From positions 1 to 21,703 of the forward strand of contig NZ_JAYKGW010000072.1 of assembly GCF_035285525.1 (NCBI RefSeq): a stretch of 21,703 nt of DNA, read 5' to 3'. Made by a program: the position numbers and the translations under genes. Every line of letters begins with the position of its first letter. Within the stretch, counting starts at the first letter, position 1. The notes below the pieces were generated by a model. That model was not told the DNA's origin. It saw only the letters and a program-made list of their open reading frames with translations, and made no database searches. The DNA is from Okeania sp. Its GTDB lineage: Bacteria; Cyanobacteriota; Cyanobacteriia; Cyanobacteriales; Microcoleaceae. Shown here piece by piece: positions 12,848 through 19,926 of this stretch.

Positions 12848-14463
12848 CTAAAAACTTCTTCCTTAGCTTCAGCTAAATGTTTTTTCAAAGTTGCCACAGG
12901 TAGAGGACCTTGAATATGATTCCAAGGCAAAGTTTGTTCTAATTCCCAATTATTAAAAACATAAAAATCTAACTCTGGCAACTTCCCATGCAATTCCTTA
13001 AAAGCTCTTTTATAACTACCTAAAGAATCTCCATAATTTCTCACCAATTCTAACAAATAAGATAACCTTCTATCCCCTCTCGAAATTAACCCTTGAATTA
13101 CCGACCATTTATAACTTTCTGGGCGAAAATCTATACCCTTTGAACGTAATTTTTTCTCCAAAAACTTCAATCTTTTTTCTGACTTATCATTTACCCCAAA
13201 CCATTGAAAAGGAGTATGAGATTTCGGCACAAAAGTGCTGCAACCTAAACTTAATCTCAACCCAGGAACAACTTTTTTCAAAGTTAACATCATCTCTACA
13301 GTCACCTCTAAATCTTCTTCCTCTTCTCCAGGTAAACCCACCATTCCATAAAATTTAATCCCTTTCAAACCACCAAGTTTAGCATTAATAGCAGCTTGAA
13401 TAATTTCCTCATTTTCTAACTTTTTATTGATAATTTTCCGGAGGCGATCGCTACCACTTTCCACAGCAATAGTAATTGACTTTGTATCTCGACTAGCTAA
13501 AATTTTTGCCAATTTTTCTGTCACTGTATTGGTTCTAACTGAGGCAATACTCAACCGAATATCATCATATTTTGCTTGGGATAAATAATCTAATAAACTT
13601 TCAAATTCTGGATGTTGAGTTACGGAAGCACCCAATAAACCTAAACGTTTAGTAACAGTTAATCCTCTTTCAATTGCTGGAATTAGAGACCCTTCTAAAC
13701 TAGCAGTTCTAAACGGTAAAGTCAGATAACTTGCCAAACAAAAACGACACATTTCGGGGCAACTTCTGACAACTTCAACCATAAAAATATTTTCCCAAGC
13801 AGCCTTTTCTGTAACCACAGTCGAAGCAGATAAAATATTACTTCGATAAGTTTGTTTTTGCACCACAGGAGGAATATCTTTATCTATAGGTTCAATAGAT
13901 TTAATCGCACCATCATTACTTTCATAAATTACTTCATAAAGACTAGGAATATAAACCCCAGGTACTTGAGCTAAATGTTTTAATTGTTCTAATTTTTCAG
14001 CAGTTCTCACTGTTTTATAATTATCAATAAAATCTGCCAATAAATTTTCCCCATCTCCCAATAAAATCACATCAAAAAAATCAGCAAAAGGTTCTGGATT
14101 AGCTGTTAAAACTGGTCCGCCACCAAATATTATGGGATAGTTTTTTCCCGAACGATTTTTAGTTCTAATCGGAATTTCTAGAGATTCTAAAATAGAGAAA
14201 ATATTGACATAATCAAGTTCCCAAGAAAGAGAAAAACCGAATAATTCTGGTTGTTGTGGCAGAGGTTCATTAATATCAGTAAATAAACGACTAACTTGTA
14301 GATCGGAACGCATTGCTAAAGTTGCCCAAACAATCTGATAACCAAGACTTGTTATTCCCACAGTATATTCATTGGGAAAAGCAAAAATAATTGGAATAGC
14401 ATTAGATTCAGGAATAGCTGGAGTAAAGAGTAAATTTTCAGTATTAAATAAATTATCAGACAT
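12838..14463 (-). CDS. Large radical SAM protein with an N-terminal B12-binding-like region
   Basis: This is a 541-aa ORF. The CX3CX2C cluster motif is VVRSCPEMCRFCLASY. The remainder looks like the conserved ~530-aa cyanobacterial radical SAM family (GGGPVLTANPEP, FYGMVGLPGEEEEDL). Confidence 0.85.
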   Translation of the reverse strand: MSDNLFNTENLLFTPAIPESNAIPIIFAFPNEYTVGITSLGYQIVWATLAMRSDLQVSRLFTDINEPLPQQPELFGFSLSWELDYVNIFSILESLEIPIRTKNRSGKNYPIIFGGGPVLTANPEPFADFFDVILLGDGENLLADFIDNYKTVRTAEKLEQLKHLAQVPGVYIPSLYEVIYESNDGAIKSIEPIDKDIPPVVQKQTYRSNILSASTVVTEKAAWENIFMVEVVRSCPEMCRFCLASYLTLPFRTASLEGSLIPAIERGLTVTKRLGLLGASVTQHPEFESLLDYLSQAKYDDIRLSIASVRTNTVTEKLAKILASRDTKSITIAVESGSDRLRKIINKKLENEEIIQAAINAKLGGLKGIKFYGMVGLPGEEEEDLEVTVEMMLTLKKVVPGLRLSLGCSTFVPKSHTPFQWFGVNDKSEKRLKFLEKKLRSKGIDFRPESYKWSVIQGLISRGDRRLSYLLELVRNYGDSLGSYKRAFKELHGKLPELDFYVFNNWELEQTLPWNHIQGPLPVATLKKHLAEAKEEVFRVR

Positions 14464-14496
14464 ACTTTAACAGTTATCAGTTATCAGTTATTAGTA

Positions 14497-14612
14497 CGCA
14501 AAGAAACCCGGTTTCTCCTAGAAACCGGGTTTCTGGGTTTCCGGGTATTGTAATCCAATCGTAGGGGTTGGCTCTCCAAACCCAATCGTAGGGGTTGGCT
14601 CTCCAAACCCAA
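14497..14612. repeat. Hairpin repeat (gaaacccggtttc type) followed by a 27-bp tandem repeat of about 2.3 copies
   Basis: The hairpin region is gcaaagaaacccggtttctcctagaaaccgggtttct at about 14497-14535. The unit ccaatcgtaggggttggctctccaaac occurs at 14555 and 14582, and a partial third copy follows. Confidence 0.8.
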
Positions 14613-14615
14613 TAG

Positions 14616-14870
14616 CTATTTATATTTAAGTTTAAAAAATAAAATTGGTGAAGCTAAACTCAAGGTCGCAATGTTAGTAAAAATTATCGGTAAATTGTTA
14701 ATAATAATGCCATAAATTATCCATAACAATACACCAGAACAAAAAATAGCAAACATTTCTAAAGAGATGTCTTTTGTCGAACGAGTCCGCCAAGTTTTGA
14801 TAACTTGAGGTAAAAATGAAATAGTTGTGAAAGTACCTGCTAATAGTCCTAAAACTGTTACTAAGTTCAT
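14616..14870 (-). CDS. SemiSWEET (PQ-loop) family transporter
   Basis: I prefer the ATG at 14870 to the TTG at 14882. The product is 84 aa with three hydrophobic helices and the PQ motif (TISFLPQVIKTW). Confidence 0.8.
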   Translation of the reverse strand: MNLVTVLGLLAGTFTTISFLPQVIKTWRTRSTKDISLEMFAIFCSGVLLWIIYGIIINNLPIIFTNIATLSLASPILFFKLKYK

Positions 14871-15002
14871 AAGAAATACCAATAATTGTGATTACTCTAT
14901 AAAATTCTGATAGAGTTTGGAAAATACAGCAGATTACACCTTTTTCATTTTAGTTATTCAGTTATCAGTACCTCCTGGAATAAGGAGGCTTTAAATACAG
15001 AA

Positions 15003-16113
15003 TATTCTTTTTTTATCCTCCTAAAAAAAAGGAGGCTTCAGACCTAAATTTTTCGGTGAAATAAAGCAACGCGGGCAAGATGCCTGCACTAGAAAAATTT
15101 AATTATATCACCTCAGCTTATCTTAGATTAACAGGACTTACGCAAAGAAACCGGGTTTTTAGGATAAATCGTTGTTTTTAACAATAAACATTGACGAAAA
15201 ACCCGGTTTCTAGGTTCGTTTGTGTAAGTCCTAATTAATTTTTTAGATATTTTTTAGCCCAAGCATATCTCCTTTCATCTTTTTTCAGCAAATATTCTAT
15301 AATTTCTCGTCGCTTATTCTTTTTGCTAGTCTCTTGAACTAATCGCTTAATTTCTTTATCAATATCTTCCGTCTTAGCTCCTCTTTTTCGTGCCTCTTCA
15401 AACCAATAATCTCCATCTCCATATTCTCCTAGACCATAACAAATAGCCCCCATTAAAGTACAAGGATGATGACTTTTAGAATCAATTTTATGAGCTTGTA
15501 AAGCCAGATGTTTGCCTTCATTTAATTGGCTAACATCTCTAAAAGCAGCACCTCTAGTTACAAGTATTCTAGCCTTAAGGTCTTTATCTTTTAATTTCTC
15601 TAAATTGACTTTACCTGTGATTTCTAATGCTTTTAATGGTTTCTTTGCCTTGCGCCAATAACTACTAATTTTAGGGATTAGCCATTTATTTTTAGTTCTC
15701 TTAAATTCTTCCTCAAAAAAATCAGCCTCAATCTGATAATAAGTAATGGCAATCTTACTACCAAGATACAGCAAATTCTCAGTTGTTAACTGAGTAAACA
15801 TTAATTTGTCTAATCGCTCTCCTTTATCTAGTCTGCTAAGAATATTGTAGAAAGGATCGAATTTTAATTTCTGGTCTGTAGCTAAATATTTATCTCGGAG
15901 TCTTTTCCAATCTTTATCTTTAGCTATTTTAACAATTTTATTCAAACCATGTGACTTTAACCAATCAATATCTACTTCTATTAACTGAGAAAATTGTTCT
16001 ACTTTTTGGAGAATTTCATACAAATTACTATCAGGTGATGAATCTTCAAACTCAGTAACTTTGTATTTTTTCTTGAGTCGAGTAAACTCTATTTTGTGTT
16101 TTTGTTTATCCGC
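15003..16113. repeat. Segmental duplication, copy 1 (gene tail plus 3' flank; includes the MITE)
   Basis: This segment aligns with 17001-18018 across ~880 nt of coding sequence plus ~115 nt of 3' flank. It contains an identical 73-nt run (15677-15749 = 17570-17642). Confidence 0.85.
15125..15232. mobile_element. ~108-bp MITE inserted 2 nt downstream of the 558-aa gene's stop codon
   Basis: The inverted ends are aggacttacgcaaagaaaccgggttt (15133-) and aaacccggtttc...tttgtgtaagtcct (-15232). The paralogous flank at 17121-17130 (atctt|aattaatt) is an uninterrupted empty site. Confidence 0.7.
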
Positions 16114-16911
16114 AATAGAAAATGTCTCAGTTAGTTTATTTTTTTGTAACCAATCTAACTCTGATTTTTCCAAAATAGTTTCTGTCTCTAGTTTTTTCAA
16201 TATTGAAAATAATTTACTAGAGATAGATTTATCCCAATATTTAGTAGCTTGATACTTATCTTTTAGTTCTGCAAATTTAGCTTCATCCTCTCTTTGTTTT
16301 TGTTTCTTACGCTCCGAATAAATTTCTAGAGTTTCCAAGAAACCATTATTTGATAACCAATTAGATTCTTGCTTATTTAATGTCTCCGCTGAGTCAATTT
16401 TTTTCAGAATACGAAACAATTTATCCGGGAAAAATCTTGATATGTTAGTAGCACGGTATTTAATTTTTAATTTGGCAAATTCTTGGATTTGATTAGCGAT
16501 CGCTAAAGTTTCCTTTAAATTATAATCTTTCAGTAATTTAATTTCTGAATCAGTTAATATATTTTCACTATCAAGTTTCAAAAGTAGCGGATGTAAAAAA
16601 TAAAATCCAAAATTTTTGGGTACTTTGTATCTTGTTTTGAGTTCCAAGAAGTCATATCCTAATCTTTTCAGCTCAGTTTTCTTGTATTGCTTTAAGTTCA
16701 GCTCTAAGTTAATTAGTTTGATAGTTTCAAAAAGTTGATTTGCTTCTAAATATTGAAATTCTATGTCTGTAATTGAAATACCTAAATCAACTCTTCTAAG
16801 TATAAGATATAGAAAGCTTAAAGGAGATGAATTTTGATATTTAGTTGCCTGATACTTAGACTTGAGAAGAGAAAAATGTTGCACCTGAATTTCATGTTCG
16901 TCTTTACCCAT
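15235..16911 (-). CDS. Helical repeat protein of unknown family (about six ~60-aa repeats plus a TPR-like C-terminal cap)
   Basis: This is a 558-aa ORF. A repeated pattern F..LK.KY(x7-12)L(F/Y).IL.K(x6-8)L...(E/D)..WL...(x)L.ET occurs at about aa 13, 88, 145, 213, 275 and 333. The C-terminus has two TPR-like 34-mers (ARILVTRGAAFRDVSQLNEGKHLALQAHKIDSKS / HHPCTLMGAICYGLGEYGDGDYWFEEARKRGAKT). Confidence 0.7.
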   Translation of the reverse strand: MGKDEHEIQVQHFSLLKSKYQATKYQNSSPLSFLYLILRRVDLGISITDIEFQYLEANQLFETIKLINLELNLKQYKKTELKRLGYDFLELKTRYKVPKNFGFYFLHPLLLKLDSENILTDSEIKLLKDYNLKETLAIANQIQEFAKLKIKYRATNISRFFPDKLFRILKKIDSAETLNKQESNWLSNNGFLETLEIYSERKKQKQREDEAKFAELKDKYQATKYWDKSISSKLFSILKKLETETILEKSELDWLQKNKLTETFSIADKQKHKIEFTRLKKKYKVTEFEDSSPDSNLYEILQKVEQFSQLIEVDIDWLKSHGLNKIVKIAKDKDWKRLRDKYLATDQKLKFDPFYNILSRLDKGERLDKLMFTQLTTENLLYLGSKIAITYYQIEADFFEEEFKRTKNKWLIPKISSYWRKAKKPLKALEITGKVNLEKLKDKDLKARILVTRGAAFRDVSQLNEGKHLALQAHKIDSKSHHPCTLMGAICYGLGEYGDGDYWFEEARKRGAKTEDIDKEIKRLVQETSKKNKRREIIEYLLKKDERRYAWAKKYLKN

Positions 16912-17000
16912 AGAAAATAGTTTTTTTTACGAAAAATAACCGATAATTACTTATATTAACCAATTATCATTTCTAACAGAGGCATCCTAACTATTATAGC

Positions 17001-18018
17001 TATTCCTCTTTTTTTATCCTCCTAAAAACAAGGATACTTCAGACCTAAACTTTTGGGTGAAATACACCCACACAGACAAAATACCCGCACTCGAAATATT
17101 TAATTATCTCACCTAAGCTGATCTTAATTAATTTTTTAGATATTCTCTAGCCCAAGCATATTTCCTGTCATCTTTTTTCAGTAGATATTCTATAATTTCT
17201 TTTCGCTTATTATTGTTGCTAGTATCTTGAACTAATCGCTTAATTTCTCGATCAATGTCTTTTATATAAGCTCCTCTTTTTCGCGCCTCTTCAAACCAAT
17301 AATCTCCATCTTGATATTCTCCTAGAGCAAAACAAGTAGTCCCCAATAAAGTACAAGGATGATGACTTTTATAATCAATTTTATGAGCTTGTAAAGCCAG
17401 ATTTTTGGCTTCATTTAAGTTGTAATTATCCCTAAAAGCACCACCTCTAGTTACAAGTATTCTAGCCTTAAGGTCTTGATCCTTTAATTTCTCTAAATTT
17501 ACTTTACTTGTAATTTCTAATGCTTTTAATGGTTCCTCTGCTTTGCACCAATAACTACTAATTTTAGGAATTAGCCATTTATTTTTAGTTCTCTTAAATT
17601 CTTCCTCAAAAAAATCAGCCTCAATCTGATAATAAGTAATGGTAATATTGCTGCTAGGAGTTAGCAAATTCTCAGTTGTTAACTGAGTAAACATTAATTT
17701 GTCTAATTGCTCTCCTCGATCTAGTTTACTAAGAATATTGTAGAAAGGATCGAATTTTAATTTCCGGTCTGTAGCTACATATTTATCTTGGAGTCTTATC
17801 CAATCTGTTTCCAAATATTTGTCTTCAGCTACTTTAATAATTTTAGTCAAATTATATGACTTTAACCAATCAATATCTGCCTTTGTTAGCCGCTCAACTA
17901 CCTCTATTTTTTGGAGAATTTTATACAAATTACTATCAGGTGATGAATCTTCAAATTCAGTCACTTTGTATTTTTCCTTGAGTCTAGTAAACTCTATTTT
18001 ATATTTTTGTTTCTCCGC
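17001..18018. repeat. Segmental duplication, copy 2 (forms the C-terminal third of the P450 fusion ORF plus its 3' flank)
   Basis: See 15003-16113. This copy lacks the MITE. Confidence 0.85.
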
Positions 18019-19416
18019 AATATAGTCTCTTTTTTGTTTTTGTTTCTCCGCAGAAGGCAATATTTCTTCCCCCTGCATACGTTTTCCAGTCATCACCATT
18101 TTTATTCCACCCGCAGGAGATAAAGTTATACTACGACGTTCTGTTTTAACTGGTTGTTTTTCTGCTAAAGCCAAATTATAGCGTCTGAGAATAGTTGCTA
18201 ATACCAGTTTCATTTCAAACATAGCAAACGCTGCTCCAATGCAACGCCGATTACTACCGCCAAAAGGTAAAAATTCGTAAGCAGAATATTGACGTTCTAA
18301 AAATCGTTCTGGTTTAAATTTCTTTGGTTCAGGATACAAATCTTCTCGGTGATGAGTTAAATAAATACAGGGAACTAAACCAGTTCCCGCTGGGTATTCT
18401 TGACCCATTATTGTGATCGGCGATTTTGTTTCTCGTGGAGATGTAATCAATACCACTGGATAAATACGCAGGGATTCACTGCAAACTGCATTCAGATAGG
18501 GTAGTTTCATGATTTCCATTGGGTTGGTATCGTCCCCAATAGTTGCTAATTCTTGTAATAGCTTGTCATAAATTTCTGACTGATGGTGACTCCAGTAAAA
18601 CGCCCAGGCTAAAGCAGTTGCAGTGGTTTCATGTCCTGCCAATAGTAATGTCATCAACTCATCCTGCAATTCTATATCGCTCATACCTTCCCCCGCTTCA
18701 TCCCGTGCTAATAAAAGCATTGTCAAAATATCAGAACGTTCGGGGTCTAAATTTTGACGACGTTCAGAAATTTCTGCACACAGTAACTCGTAAATCTCTT
18801 CCCTTTCTTTGGTAAATTTTCCCCAGGGACTCCAAGTACCTAGACCTATTTGTAGAAACTCGAAAAATAACATACTTGCTTTCGCCGGAGAACTCAATGA
18901 TTCCATAAGTGAACCCAAAAGTCGCTCTAATCTAGAGTACCTTTCTCCTTCATATAAACCGAAAACTGCTTGTAATATTACTTTTAAAGATATCTCTTGA
19001 GTAGATTTTCTCATCGAAAATACCCTATCCACTTGCCACTTGCTAGCTACCTGTTCAGTGATATTACAAATTAACTCTCCATAAGTTTGCATTCGTTCCC
19101 CATGAAAAGGTGGCATCAATAATTGACGTTGACGTTGATGAGGAGTACCATCTAATAATAATAATGAATAATCTCCCAAAAGTGGCTGCAAAAACTTATT
19201 ACCAGAACCACACTCAAACTGTTTTGGGTTAGTCTTGAAAATTTCCTCAATGGCCTTGGGATGGCTGATAAATACCATTGGGTAATTCAAGTTTATTTCA
19301 AATGAGTCTCCATATTGCCTTGCACATTTTTCCATAAATGTCAAGGGTTCAGTCACCCATTGGAAGAGTTGAATCAAACGTGGAGCTTTTGGACCAGGCA
19401 ATTGTGTCATAGTCAT
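17128..19416 (-). CDS. Cytochrome P450 (resembles the Nostocales CYP110 type) fused in frame to a ~296-aa helical-repeat/TPR-like module
   Basis: This is a 762-aa ORF. The P450 motifs are AGHETT (aa 260-265), ESLR (aa 314-317) and FLPFGGSNRRCIG, with Cys392 encoded at 18243-18241. The P450 fold ends near aa 446 (..GGIKMVMTGKR). Residues 467-762 are roughly 80-90% identical (by eye) to aa 267-558 of the neighbouring ORF. Confidence 0.8.
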   Translation of the reverse strand: MTMTQLPGPKAPRLIQLFQWVTEPLTFMEKCARQYGDSFEINLNYPMVFISHPKAIEEIFKTNPKQFECGSGNKFLQPLLGDYSLLLLDGTPHQRQRQLLMPPFHGERMQTYGELICNITEQVASKWQVDRVFSMRKSTQEISLKVILQAVFGLYEGERYSRLERLLGSLMESLSSPAKASMLFFEFLQIGLGTWSPWGKFTKEREEIYELLCAEISERRQNLDPERSDILTMLLLARDEAGEGMSDIELQDELMTLLLAGHETTATALAWAFYWSHHQSEIYDKLLQELATIGDDTNPMEIMKLPYLNAVCSESLRIYPVVLITSPRETKSPITIMGQEYPAGTGLVPCIYLTHHREDLYPEPKKFKPERFLERQYSAYEFLPFGGSNRRCIGAAFAMFEMKLVLATILRRYNLALAEKQPVKTERRSITLSPAGGIKMVMTGKRMQGEEILPSAEKQKQKRDYIAEKQKYKIEFTRLKEKYKVTEFEDSSPDSNLYKILQKIEVVERLTKADIDWLKSYNLTKIIKVAEDKYLETDWIRLQDKYVATDRKLKFDPFYNILSKLDRGEQLDKLMFTQLTTENLLTPSSNITITYYQIEADFFEEEFKRTKNKWLIPKISSYWCKAEEPLKALEITSKVNLEKLKDQDLKARILVTRGGAFRDNYNLNEAKNLALQAHKIDYKSHHPCTLLGTTCFALGEYQDGDYWFEEARKRGAYIKDIDREIKRLVQDTSNNNKRKEIIEYLLKKDDRKYAWAREYLKN

Positions 19417-19926
19417 ATTCTTAATAAGGAAGGGAACAGGGAATAGTTTTGACTATTTGTCACGGACAAATTTTCTGATAGTTAGGGTTTGCTGAAAAAG
19501 TATATATGGGTTAGGGTAGTCTTAAAAGTGAATGGCCATTTGCCATGAAGAATATAAAAGATTATTTATTATAGTGCAATACAGTTTCCTAGGAAATGCT
19601 GCACAAACAGATAATATCAAACCCGCTGGTTACGGTTCCCCATAAATTGGAGAATAAGGTTCTACCATTCCTAGTATGTAGAGGGTAAGGTTCCCGAAAA
19701 ATTGGAGACCAAACCCCTATAGGAAATGAATTTTAACGATACTACCGGATTTGATATAATACCAAAACTCATAAGGTATCTACCTATAAGACTCATGTAC
19801 TTTCCTTCCTTCTGCCTTCTTCCTCCTTCCTTCTTCCTTAACTAAAAGGAATTAACATCGATCCCCGAAGATGTTAAATTGTTCTTTAGCTAAAATAATT
19901 AAAGAGAAAAATATAGGAAAATTGCG

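Noticed and set aside
17819-19000. Short + strand ORFs (17819-18025, 18543-18815, 18809-19000). Similar shadow ORFs occur elsewhere (1506-1700, 2137-2349, 2752-3009, 6428-6610, 7513-7731, 9911-10180, 12224-12445, 13140-13358, 16061-16252, 19886-20152, 20889-21107).
   Set aside because: All lie antisense to, or overlap, much longer ORFs with clear family motifs, or they run through dispersed repeats. None has an RBS or recognisable motifs. I treat them as shadow ORFs.
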